Shown here piece by piece: positions 1 to 13,959 of a stretch of 64,000 nt of DNA. The translations under genes and the position numbers were made by a program. The stretch is from contig JAHLWZ010000751.1 in assembly GCA_020536535.1 (NCBI GenBank), forward strand, positions 62,001 through 126,000. The letters are read 5' to 3'. This DNA comes from Pelomyxa schiedti. Lineage: Eukaryota; Protista; Evosea. The notes below the pieces were generated by a model. That model worked only from the letters and a program-made list of their open reading frames with translations. It was not told the DNA's origin and made no database searches. Every line of letters starts with the position of its first letter. The first letter of the stretch is position 1.

Positions 1-1777
1 GGCAGATATCCATAAACCTTGTAAAAAGGGCAATCATCATCTCTGGGGGTACCACCTCAGTCAGGTGAGAGAAGTCTTCAATGTCACAGAACATAATACT
101 ACACTGCCTTTTCCTCACCCCGAGTTTGCACTCAGAAGTTCCATTGAGATACCATTTAACAACTTCCATGGGAACATATTTCCCGAAACTAGCCAACATT
201 TTCCGCACCGACTCTGTTGAGTCTTCAAGAGAGTTGATTTCTTGCAGTGCAAGTTTTTTTCTGTTGTCTTTGTGCAGAGTCAATCCCAGGTTCACTTTCT
301 TCAAGGTGCGTTCGTCTAATCTTGACAGAGCCTCTAGCTCTCTGGATACATACTTGATAGGTGTTGTCAAATAGAAGCTCGCTCCTACAACAATAGCTCC
401 TAGTAGCACCACTATTCCAATTGCACTGCACACAGTGATGATAAGTGTTTGTCTCTGACTTGTGAAGTAATCCGCGCAAGGAACTACAGAGACCATCACC
501 CAGTACCCCAGAGTTTCTGAAAAGGTAGTGCGCTTTGCTGTAACATCAACAGCTTCTCCAGCCACAGTACCTCGATAATGGAAGACTCCCTCAAAATCAA
601 GCATGGTTGAAACATCACTCCCAAAACTGGCGATTCCATGTTAGTGCAAGAAAGCTCTGAAAAATCACTTACTGGGAATAAAAGATTTCCGCAATGTCAC
701 GAGCCTCCTCAGTTTCAAGAGTCCAAAGGGAAGTCATATCCGTCCCGTTGATGAGAATCGGAATGTTCTCATTCCCTGAGGCGATAATTGTCCCCCCCTC
801 TGATTGAAACATCAAGGACCACCCAGTTTTTCCAACACTTAAGCTCAGGAAAAAAGCTTGCAGTGTGGACAAGTCGTAGTCCAAGGCAAAGACAGCACAT
901 AAGGTTGAGTTTGAGAGCGGATCAGGAACAGCCTCCGCCAATGTGAAGCCAATTCCAATACCGTGAACGAAAGTATATGGCTCAGTCCATATAGGAACCC
1001 CGAAGCCATATTCTACTGCAAGTTGAAACCAATCTCTACACAAAAAATATGAGCTGTCGGCACTGCATACAATCCAGTTAATACATACTTAAGAGTTGGT
1101 CGGTAGCCCAATCCCCAATTCTCACACACAGATTCTTGAATAAACGGCTCTGGGTCAAAGAGACACCTTATGAATGCCCATCCAGTGGAATTACCTTGGT
1201 TCATGAACCCTGTGTAGGGAAATGACTGGGCCCCAGTCATTACATCAGTAGGGGTTGCAGCAAAGAGTTTGTGATTGCCACTGAGAGTGTGAGCGGCCAT
1301 TATCTTCCACAGACTCAGGAACTCTACCTCATCAGAGCATATTAGTGGGTTCAACTTTATCACAATGAATCAGCGAGAAGAATAATCAAAGTTTCAGACT
1401 GTGTACCTTGGCGAGGTTTGCATTCTCGTGTAGAATCAGAGTTGCATCCCTCACAAATTCCCCAGCGAACCTCTCGATCTCATTGATGATACTGTTATAC
1501 AAAGTCGTGGTTGTTTTCTCTAGTCCAGCTTGTGAAGAAAGTGACCAGAAAATCATTACAGGGGTAACTGAGGCAAGAGGGGAAAAGTATGATCAGTTAG
1601 AATGCCGAATTCCACGAAGTGTATGTAGGAATGCCACTAACCTGTGACAACCAAGGATACCAAGAGGAAGACAGTAATGACTGTCCTCAGGGAAAAGTGA
1701 CAGGGATTTTTGTCCAAGTTGCGTGGAACTTCACCCAAGAGTGACAGGTCCGAGACCTTGGCAGTCCGCTGGAACAT
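1..1777 (-). CDS. Membrane receptor adenylate/guanylate cyclase (TM-dCache-TM-HAMP-class III cyclase); runs off the window start
   Basis: Spliced minus-strand translation gives Cache-like PIWTEPYTF, a second TM (IGIVVLLGAIVVG), HAMP-like TPIKYVSRELEALSRLD, then SFGKYVPMEVV...RQCSIMFCDIEDFSHLTE, the start of a class III cyclase domain. ATG 1777 is tentative. Confidence 0.85.
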
Positions 1778-2321
1778 AAATAACAAACAAAAAAAAATAC
1801 AAACAAGAAGACAAAAATACAATAACACTAACTGCCCAACCACTCTGCCTCTGGAGGGAGAAGGTGTTTTGTTTGTGTATCACACAACGACTTTTTTTTT
1901 CTTTTTCTATCCCCTTTATTCTTCTGCTTTTGGTTCACGGCTTTTGGCTTTTAGGCAGTATCGAGGAGCAACACGATTTTCGTGTGAGGTGAAGGCAGTT
2001 GGGGAAGTGCAACGCACTAAACGAGACTTAGGCGAATGAAAAATTACCCCACGGGGAAACTAGGACTAAAACGGCAGGTCTGAGTTCCGGAAACTCCGAA
2101 TTTGGTGGACCATCAGGCCAACCGCAAGTAATGCATATTTTCTGTTTGGGGTTACAGCGAGTGTCTCTGGAACCGAATGTTTCCTGAACTTAGACCCAGT
2201 CTGGAGGCGGTGGAAAACACCCAGCTTGGTGTGCGGTAAATATGGGTGACAGGAATTCTAATGTCGGCTACCCAGAAAAGAACCCGAACGAAAAAACCAA
2301 AAAAAAAATAAAACCAACAAA

Positions 2322-3777
<1,456 letters not shown>

Positions 3778-3875
3778 CTTGTCAGACTTTAAGAAAAGAA
3801 ACCCTACAGTTACCCAAAATCTCTGTTTTTTTTTGAACAATATGACAAAAATCCTTTGGGAATGAACTACGGCAG

Positions 3876-5900
3876 TCACTGAGTACTCCCGTTCATCTCC
3901 GCCATTTCTATGGAAATGGATTGCTTCCTCTCTTCCTCTAGCCGCCTGTGTGGTAATTAGATACGTTTTAGACTTTGTTTGGAAAACCGGTAAGGTGCAT
4001 GAAAGAGGAACCCCACTACAAGGGTAGACACCACAAGGATACCCAAGTAAACAAAAAGAGCATAGTGTGAATCGAGTACTGAAGGCATTGTCCCAAATGT
4101 TAGTATAATGGATACAGAGTTGATAACGAGCCAGAGATAGGCAGTAGAGCGGGCCTCAAGATGTACTTCAGAAGAAAAAGACACCTCTTCAAAACCGTTA
4201 ATAAGTACGTCAGGTAAGGTGTATTTACCAACGGCAAAATCCGTTACAACAGGCATTAAACCCAACAACGACAACCCTACATACTGTTAACGAAGAAAAT
4301 GGAATGTGGATACCTAGCATGGCATAGAATACAATAGCTAGGGCAATTTCTTTTAGATAGATTCCTACTATAAAAAGACCCCATGAAACACTAGCCAGTA
4401 TAAGAATACACAAAGTAAGTATCCAATAACGCTTTGTTTTGTCTGCAATAATGGAAAATACTAATGCCCCCACTATCCCACTGAGGAAAAATAATATAGA
4501 AAACAGGGCAGTCTGCGAATTTCGTTAGCATTCAACGAGTCGTAGTAAATGTGCACCTTAGACTGCATCTCCTCTGGGAGTAACTGTTGGACAAGGGTTA
4601 TGATAGCGGACATTACCCCTATGGGAAGGCCCGTGAAAAGTACTAAAAAGAGCCAATGGAAATTTGTGATTAGTCTTTTGGTGGCAGGAATGATTCCACC
4701 TTCCTATCGTCATAAGAACGAGAAATTAAAAGGTGGCTATCATACTTTAAGGCTTCTTTCAGCCTTTTCTTCCACATTCTCCATGGATGGCTGTGGTGGT
4801 AAGGGAGGCTGGTCTTGCATGAAAGGAACGCCCACAGCTGGGAGTGTATTGATTATTGCCTGTTAATGTAATTACTGTTAATTACCGTCATTTACTATAC
4901 ATTGTGCTAGTAGCAGACCTGAATTAATAGCATCGTCCAAATGTGGTCTTTCAGCTGATCACCCAAAATAATTCCTAGCACCAGGCCAAATTGCCAGGAT
5001 ACACTCTGAATAGCAGTGGCAATTGTCCTTTGGTTTGCTGGAAACCACAATGTGGCAAGTCTAGGTGGCATTTGGGCATTCACAAACATTGCAATAACGC
5101 TTAAGGCTTGTCCAATAAACATTGATGCAAAGTAAGTCTGTGACGGTTGCCCTCCAACAAATCTATTTTTGAAGTGATGTCACCTGTCTTATAACGAACT
5201 TTAGAAACCTAAGCCAACCGGCAATGACGTTCAAGATGTTGACAGCTAATGAAGATACGAAGAGCCCCCTCTGGTCAACAAAATAGGGAACAATAAAAGC
5301 GGCAATTAACGACAGTCCATCTCCCATTGCCACAAGTGCATTGACCAAAGCTATATTGACCTACAGCGCTTTAAGTTGGTTACGGCCGCGCTTGCAAACC
5401 TGCCAAAAGTCGGCTGCTTGAGTCGCAATAACCGTGAAAGCCAGGAGGTTTGAGCTGTTAGTGAGACTTATGAAACTTACAAAGAAGAGCATAACGAAGC
5501 GCCGCTTGTAAACTTTATGTGTTTCAACTGGAAGTCCATCCTCAGAGTCACTCCCCTCCTCGCTTTGAAATGGAGTACTGTCATCAGATCTGTCATCATC
5601 TGCCCTTGTTGCACCTTTACTGCCACTGCCACTGCCAGATACAGGATCCTCCGGCTGAAGAAAAACTTCGTCCTTATCACGTAGATCTGACGGGACACCA
5701 CTTGCATTTGCATCTCCCGTTGAGCTAGATCTCCGCACCCTCACCTTGATGTCATTGCTTCCAGTCTCAGAATTGTTTGTGGTTGTAGTCGAGCTCGTGC
5801 TATCCTCACTTTCAGTTGCAGTATTGACAGGTGACTCAGCCGGAGGACTGAGAGATCTGGTATCATCACCTTTGACGTGATCGCAGGGAACTGCTGTCAT
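3876..5900 (-). CDS. MFS transporter, SLC49 family (FLVCR/DIRC2/MFSD7-like)
   Basis: KVYKRRFVMLF, GQALSVIA...PPRLATLWFPANQRTIATAI, many TM exons, disordered N-terminus; start uncertain. Confidence 0.85.
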
Positions 5901-6434
5901 TTTATTGCACGCACAGGATCCAGTAGGTACTGCCGAACCGTCGGCTCTATTGTGGGACGAGGTAGGGCAGGGCTCAAGAGGCGTGGAAATTAACAAAGAG
6001 ACAATAAATTGTGATGATCACCATTTTGTAATTCGTACGTACGTTTTTGATTCGTTGTGGGAAGTTGCTGTTGTTCCTCCCCATAGATCAACCATGCGGA
6101 ATCTCTTTGATCTTTGGGAAGAGTCTGTTCCTCAGAGTCTCGATTCCCGTGCTGTTGGAGGCGCACCTCTGTCGTCAATCGATGACGTTCCACTCCCAGG
6201 GGACAACTTTTCCTGCTCAAGATCTCGTAGCCACGAAGACGACGAAATCTCCTATCATCACTCCCAAGCCATTTTTAGCGTAGGCCTCTTTAAAGGACTC
6301 AAAAGAAAAAAAACTCTTGTGCGTGCCGCAGTACCGGTATACGACACGAAACAATGCGTTTTTGTTGTTGTTCTGTTGTTGGTCTTGCTGTTTGGTAACA
6401 AACGTGGTTTCTCAACACAAGTTAAGTGTCAAGG

Positions 6435-9400
6435 ATGTCAGTGGAATTTCTCGCGGAGCAAAATATAGCTGGTCAGACCTTGTTGAGGCTGGTCAGTAGA
6501 GGAAACTTGATTATTGCTGAACTTTTGAGGTTGAGTGCTTTTGTCCCGCGGGGTATTTTTCCTTGCCAACACTGGCTCCATCTAAACACTTTTTATTTCC
6601 CCCTCTAAAACAGCATTCCAGCGTATCCCAGAGCAATTCTCTGAGCTCATCTTTGACTTCCGATACAACAGTAATGATGCTCTTCTAGAATCTAGGATTC
6701 AAGACAAACCCGTTAGTTTCTTGTCACAATCTCTCGAAACTACCAACAAATAAAATAGGATTTGGTTGACTTGGATGCAAATTTCAAAGCATCTCATCTT
6801 GACGTTTTGGGCCGATTTTATACCCTTTTCGAAGGAATTTTCAAGTACGTCAAGGACTTGAGGAAATATGTTTCTGAAGTGGATGAAGGTGTTTTCATTC
6901 AGCTAACGATTGAGGTTTATTTTACTATCTGTTATTAACATCTCACGATTATCAGTCCATATTGCAAGATGATGATGGCAAACAGTTACTTTGTGAAGCT
7001 TTTTATTTATATTGTGTCATACTCACGTTGATGGACACCCTCATCGAAGGTCCTGTAAGAGAAAGGCTTATAATTTCCTATCTACGTTATAAGGTAGTTT
7101 TGTGTAGGTCTTGCTTTTTTTTTTTTTTTAACCAGTGCAGGGGACAAAATTTATGCCGTCCTTTGATGAAGTGTGCAAGTTATGTGGGACCACAGGTTAT
7201 GTAAAGGGGGCATCCAGAAGACCTCCAAATTATCCTGAGAGCCTCTTTGCACGGTAAGGTCACCAAAATGTAACTTAGCCACTAACAAGGCAAGGTTTCC
7301 ATTGCCCCCAACTGCTGTCAACATGATAATAGGAAAACTTCGATCTGATGACATCTATAACCAAGTCTCTAAGGTAATGACTTCCTCAGAAAGGGTAAAG
7401 TTACCGTTGGATAGGCGTTTCCTCACCCTGATCACCGAAGTGTTGCACTTTCACGCCAGGCATCCATGATATACATGATTCTCTATCTTGCACCGAATAT
7501 CTTAATGAACGAACCTGCCGTAATGCGTGAAATAGTTGATAAGCACTTCCCTGACAACTGGGTCATAACTTATTACCTTGGATACACGGCTGATTTAAGT
7601 GTGGAGTGGGATAGATATAAGGTGATAACACTCATTGGTACATAACAGTAACCATCATTTTAAGGCTGCTAAAGCTGCTGTTGCTTACACAATTGCTCAA
7701 TCAAATGTAACCAATTTTGCCGCCAAGTATTGGAACCAGGTGACCCCTCTGAAGACTGAACTGCAAAACTACTTAAGAGAGGTAATTCAATCTTCTCTCT
7801 CTCTTTTTTGGCTATTTTCCTGTGTCCTTGCAAAAGTATGGCAAGGGCACCTCTATGTGAGCCAAACATCAAACAACATTGGAGTGAAAAGGAGATATCA
7901 AAAGTTCTCGATAATCCCCACAGAACTCCGACACATTCCATTCACATTGCTTGAAATTTCCAGTAATAAACCTTAGGGTATTCTCGTGGAAGATTACATA
8001 TTGGACCACATAAATCAGCTTCTAAATTGTGCTAGGAACTCCAATGTCGCTCTTAGGTGGCTTATGTTGCGTATGGTTCACATTTGATTTTTAGCAACCT
8101 AACCGCACTAGATTTCATATCACAAAACAAGAAGGTGTCTCAAATTGTGGTTGGACGAAACGACATTACCCCAATTCTTGGCTTATTGTTGGATGTGGCC
8201 CAGTTCGAGTGGGTCATGAACAAAATATTAACAGTTCATCCCACGTTCTCCCGTTGTGGATTCTCATTTTTCGGCAGATCCTTTTGGACCAAAAAGGAAA
8301 GAGATGGGATGATTATCGTAAGGAATCCAGTGATAGGATGAATGAACTTGGTACTAAAGACTCCTTATGAGGGGTATTGACTTCCGTCAAGGTGAATTTT
8401 TTTCTGGTACAAAGGAGTTGACTCGTGTTAAACCAAATAAACGTCTCGAAAAATGGTTTCACGATATTGCAAATCAGGTTGAACGATTATTTTTCTCCTC
8501 AAATTCTTCTAAGCAAAACCAGATTAACTCTCTTGATTATAGTGACAGTGTGATGTCAGGAAGAAAGATACAACAATTAATACAGGCACTTGAGGAAGTT
8601 GAACAATTTCATCATGTATACACTGTTTCCTCAGCTACACTGACCATATTAGATTGAATCGAGTCTTCAAGTCAAGCAATTCCTTATTGACACTCGCAAA
8701 TATTTACAACAAATGCTTCGTCTTGTCAACATATCACCAAAAGTGAAAGTGACCCTTGCCCTTGTCTCTGATATCTCGTATCCCTCGTTTCGACCATTCG
8801 AGTTTGTACTTATCAAGAGATAGTTATGGCTGGGAGATTCTTAGAACTCAGGAATATGTTTCACTACTTCAGCAGAATATAAGAGAGTGTGTACCCAATT
8901 ATAGTTAGTCGCCACTAAAGGCTTATAACCACAACCAAAATCTTACAAACCATTATTTTTCAGGCAACCCTCTGTTGTGCTCAAACTACGTTCAGTTGTA
9001 GTGAAGCTCTCCTCCATATTAGATCTTACTGCTCTTCGTATCGATCAAGCAAAAAGCCCAGATTTGATGAGTGTTGGCTCTTATTATTCTGGTCCCAGTG
9101 CTGTGGCCTCCCAAATTATATTTACTATATGTAGGAGAACTGATGGAATATGTCCGGAAAGTACTCGAAGTCATACCTGTGACTGTTTTCAACCTTTTGG
9201 AGGAGATAATAGAGCTTCAAACAAAACAAATGAAGGAACTTCCTACAAAAGTTGAAAAAGAAAAGATTCAATTGTACTTGTGCCTCTCATGTTGCACACT
9301 CTTACTCCTGTAGCTATGCACAATTGGAAGACCGTTATCAGCTTGCCTACAAAACTCATGCTGTTTCTGTGTTTGCAGAAGGTATTCTTGCCATGGAAGC

Positions 9401-11392
9401 TGAAACAACTTTTGTGGGTGTCATCAAAATTGATCCCAAAAAACTCCTTGAAGACGGTATTCGCAAGGTTGGTCTGAAATTACCATTACAGGATCATTTA
9501 TATGTTTTCAGGAGTTGGTCTCTCGTCTCTCCACTGCACTTCATACCATTCTTGATTTTCGAACTGGTAGGATTGAGGATCTCTTTGCACAACTCCAGAA
9601 GCTCTCTAAGACGCTTGATGGTCACTGCCGTTCTTTCCAATGTACTTTAGCAACCGTTTCCCTGTCCTGAGCCTAAATAATACATCACAGACATTCAGGA
9701 TTACATTCGTCTTCCTGGTCTAAAAGTTTGGCAAGAAGAATTTATGCGCATTGTCAATTTTAACGTAGAGCAAGAGTGCAATCGTTTCCTTGCTAAAGGT
9801 ATTGACGACAATCAGAGTCAATACCAGTCCCGTGAGATACCCATTACAACTTTCCCACCCCTTGACACAAAGTATGACACCAGCTCTTTCTGTGTTTCAA
9901 CTTTAAACTCCTTTTTTACATCTCTTTTTCTCATCTCTTGTAGCTCTGTTAATTTTATTGGACGTCTTGGCAGAGAACTTCTGGCACACACACACTATCG
10001 GCGGACAAACTACCAAGAAGCAGCGGCTGCGTGGATAGAAATTTCAAATGGAAGGTATGAACCCTCCTTTTTGCTTTCTTTTGTCAAGCCTTTATTAGAG
10101 AGCTCGTAACTTCACATACATTTGTTGTCTTGCTGGAGGGTGTGTCTGTCTTTGGGCTAAACGGACTCGATCAACTTTATTGCTTCATGATTGTTAAAAT
10201 CTTGAAAGACTTTTTCAGAAATACATTTGAGGTTTTAGTTCCCTCCTCATCAGATCCCTCTAAATTGGCACAGCGACCCACAACCAAGGACCTAGTTAAG
10301 TATCTCCTCGCCTTACAAGATGAATTACACCCAACAACATCAACTCCGGAGAGACATGTAGCAGACCCCAATGCTCTTCAAGTGAAATCTATTTTCATTC
10401 CGTTGCTAGGTTGCTCCAATACATTCCCGTTATACTGTCTAATTTCTTTATTCCAGAGGTTGTTTGCAAGTGTGGCCAACTTCAACTTCTTCGCCATCAC
10501 CTTGCTAGTACATTGCGTGTGGGTTTTACGTTCTTTTGTTGCCTTATTAATTGTTATGGCAGCTTGCCTGTAAGTCGGACTCCACCTTACTCTCTTGCTC
10601 AATGGATGTGCTGAACAGTGCCCTCCTTAAAGACATACATGCGCACTACAAAGAGTTGTTTCTTTGATTGACGCTGTTACTAAAACTGCTAACCACGATT
10701 TAGCCCCGCCAACAACCCATACCCTGATCCAAGCTCCCCACTGCTTCCCGAACTCAGTAAATACTTAGAAACCGCTGGTATGCTTTGATCACTTAACTTA
10801 GCTTAGGCTAACTCTCTCAAGGTCACTCCGATCCCTTTACAAAGCTTTATGTCACCACTAAACCACAACCTATTTTCGCCGAGCTTTTCTTCTTATTCAT
10901 TCTGTCTCAAATGAGAAGTTTCAGTTATACTACAACTTCTGGTATACAATTCTTTTTTTACAAAAAAAGCAGTCACAATACATTGAGGTCTCTCCTGGAA
11001 CAAAAGTGGAACATGGCACGACATGAAACCATTCGTCATTGGTGTTGTAACGCTTCTGAAACAAGTCCACTTTGAGCACACACAAAGGTTCATAGCTTAC
11101 ATCTGCCAAAAGATTCGTTCACTTGTGTTAGCTGCATCCCTGTGTGTTACCTCACAATACAATGACCAACTAACCAATTTTCTCTAAAGGGACCCCAAAA
11201 TTACTGATTTCCCCCAGGATGCAGTCAGTTTGGCTCAGTTCATATATCTTTTCTCTAAACACGCTAATATTCCACGTGCAACACTGGAAGGTACCTCACA
11301 CTTAACACCAAAAAACCAGTCATTGTAATACAATTACCACAGGTTTGCTACCTCCAGTCATATTGGATATTTGTAAACTACCCCTTGCCTAA
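6435..11392 (+). CDS. WASHC5: WASH complex subunit 5 (strumpellin)
   Basis: [87 protein letters not shown] are strumpellin motifs; many introns. Confidence 0.95.
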
Positions 11393-11450
11393 ACACATAT
11401 TTGGGATAATAAAACCTGTGCTTTTATGCAACTCCTTAATTCTTTTGTAT

Positions 11451-12703
11451 TTATGGCCAATGGTTGGTGAGGAGATCAGCGGCACTGTCTGAGTAGCTCT
11501 CTTGGTTTACTTTTAGCACACATGCCCCAGTGAGGGCATTGAGCAGTTCAATGCTCCTCACTTGGCCCAATTCAGTTCTTTCCATGGTGATCAAGAATCC
11601 TTCACCAGTGTTTATTTTCTTTCCCTTGCTCACGCCACGGTGAATGAAACAAGGCTGGCCTGGGTTCGTCACATCATACACCAGAATGTCGATTGCGTTG
11701 TTGTTGCCTCCTGGTTGGTCATAACCCAAGCACAAGTGGGAATCATCAACAAGTAGGGACAAGCACGGGGGAGGGAAGTCTGTCTTTAGGCTGTTTGATA
11801 GGCACTCGAGGGTGTATAGCGCCCCTTGGTCTGTGAAGCGGGGGTAGGATGCATACAAGCCGGAATTAGGAGTAGGGAATAGAAGCGGGGCAGAGTTGCA
11901 GGTTGTTTGAAGGCTTGGAAGTCGGACTATGGCGATGGGTTTCTTGTTGTAGGTTTGTTCCATGTCAACCTCAAACACGTTCCAGCAGGTGTCTCCTCTG
12001 GTTAGGATAATAAGTTGGTCACCGCTGGCACTTGTGCATCTAATAGAATTTTCGTAGCCGCATCTAAGGTACGCTGATTTTTCACCTTCATCGTACTTCC
12101 CAATAGTAAGGGAATGTGGTTCCAGAGAGGCAACCCACTTATCATTGCATGTGAAACGGAGATTTCTCCATTCTGATGTAGGCCAATGGCGCAGATCGCT
12201 GAACATTTCTCTCTCTTCCTGTCGAAATGCTGGTAAAAAAGAAAATCCTATCCATACGTACAACTAACTCTTCACGATAAAAACTGAAGAAATACAGCCA
12301 CTACTTGGGGGAAAAAAAAAAAAACAAAACAATATCCAAGTATACAAACCAAGCATAGTACAGCCAGCCTTGATGCCCAACTACCGCTCCCGGACCTGCA
12401 CAGCACATGTGACAGACCATTCCAGGCCTTGTGCTCACCATACGCCACTTCCATAGTCCTGGGGGCACCCACTACGCCCAGGGTAGCAGATAGGTCCACG
12501 AATACATCTACCGGGGGATCCGGGCACAAGTTCACGAGCAGTGTCCTGTGTCTCTGCATTACCCACCGCCGCCCAATGCATTCCGCCACGCAGTGCAGAG
12601 GCACGTGGCGTGCCGGGGAGCCAGCCCCGCACCGTGGTATCACACAGCTGCACGCCAGTGCAATGTACTGTTCCTTGCCGCTCAGTGCCCATGCCAACTC
12701 CAT
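11451..12703 (-). CDS. Hypothetical protein of a lineage-expanded family (EQYIALACS..PRCG..SP N-terminal motif)
   Basis: ORFs 12272-12709 and 11451-12263 join through an intron; the N-terminus resembles, from memory, a large Pelomyxa hypothetical family. Confidence 0.6.
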
Positions 12704-12829
12704 GAACAAGAGGAGGAGTGTTTTTCGGTTATTTGTGTGCAGTCACACCCTTCTTCAACAAAGAGAGAGTTGTTCCGTTTCTGGGAAACGTTAGAAAATC
12801 GGCCTGATTGATTGAATAGTTGTGAGAGG

Positions 12830-13809
12830 ATGTTGGATTGGTGCGAGCGGGCTGTTTTTGTAGTAGTGGTCGTCACCTTGGGGATGATGTTAAGGAATAT
12901 GTGGGCAAGGGAGCGCAATAGAAAGAAACTTGTTAAGCGCAGACCTACCGAGAGGTTCCACGTGGTTTTGCTGGGTGACTCTGTGTTTGACAACAAACGG
13001 TACGATAAGCCTGATGTAGTTACCACTCTCAGGACGGCGATGCCCAGTCATTGGACAGCTACGCTCCTGGCAAAGTGAGTTGCTTGTCTTTTGGGCGATT
13101 TCTTGACCTGAGAGGGATCCCAACTTCCTTTGAACAAAACAGGGACGGAGACCTTATAAATGGGGTGTACAACCAGTTAAAAGGACTGCCCAAAGATGCC
13201 ACGCACTTAGTTCTCAGTGTTGGGGGGAACAATGCTCTCCATGTACGTAACCATCTTGCTCGCAGTGCCAAGACAGTTGGAGAAGCACTAGGGCAGCTGG
13301 CAGAGATCAAAGAAAGATTTATGGAGGAGTACAGAGACTTAATTGAGAAGGTAAGCAGTTTTGAAGAAGGAGACTAATTCCACTCACGATCCTGGTTCTT
13401 CCCACGTACTTAGTTGCAGGCAACAGGACTGCCACTGATTGTGTCCACAGTCTACAACCCGTTCTACTCAGCCAAGGATCCATTGATGAGGCTCATTCCA
13501 ATAAAAGAATTAGCCCAGGAGCAAATATATGCAAACGCAGCGCTGTGCATCCTAAATGATGCGGTAATCTCGGTTGCACAGAGTCAGGTATTTGCCGCCC
13601 TTCCCCGATAAGAACTTTGTGACCCCCAACCTTACAACTACAAGGGTCTCCCTGTTCTGGACCTGCAGCGGACTTTCAACAGCCCCAAAGATTACGCAAA
13701 TCCAATTGAGCCATCTCGCGTCGGCGCGGCTAAAATTGCACAACTTATTGTGAACATCCTTCACAATCACGACTTTGAATCCCACCTGACAACGCTTTTC
13801 AAGATCTAG
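12830..13809 (+). CDS. SGNH/GDSL hydrolase family protein with N-terminal membrane anchor
   Basis: HVVLLGDSVFDN (block I), LVLSVGGNNAL (block III), DYANPIEPS (block V region); three GT-AG introns. Confidence 0.85.
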
Positions 13810-13959
13810 ACTTCCAAAGACAGTGTGGGTCCAAAACCGCTGTCACAGAGCCGACAATTCACAGATCTAAAAAAATATCAGAAATGTCAAACGCAAACCC
13901 GACAAAACGGAAATCAACAAACACACAGTTACAAACAAACAAAAATCTCTCCGGTGGAG

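Noticed and set aside
5905-6468. 187-aa ORF between the MFS gene and WASHC5
   Set aside because: Non-ATG start, overlaps the WASHC5 start and has no motifs; more likely divergent promoter and UTR sequence.
8778-8823. Possible U12-type intron (GTATCC start)
   Set aside because: The donor is GTATCCCT rather than GTATCCTT and there is no U12 branch-point sequence.
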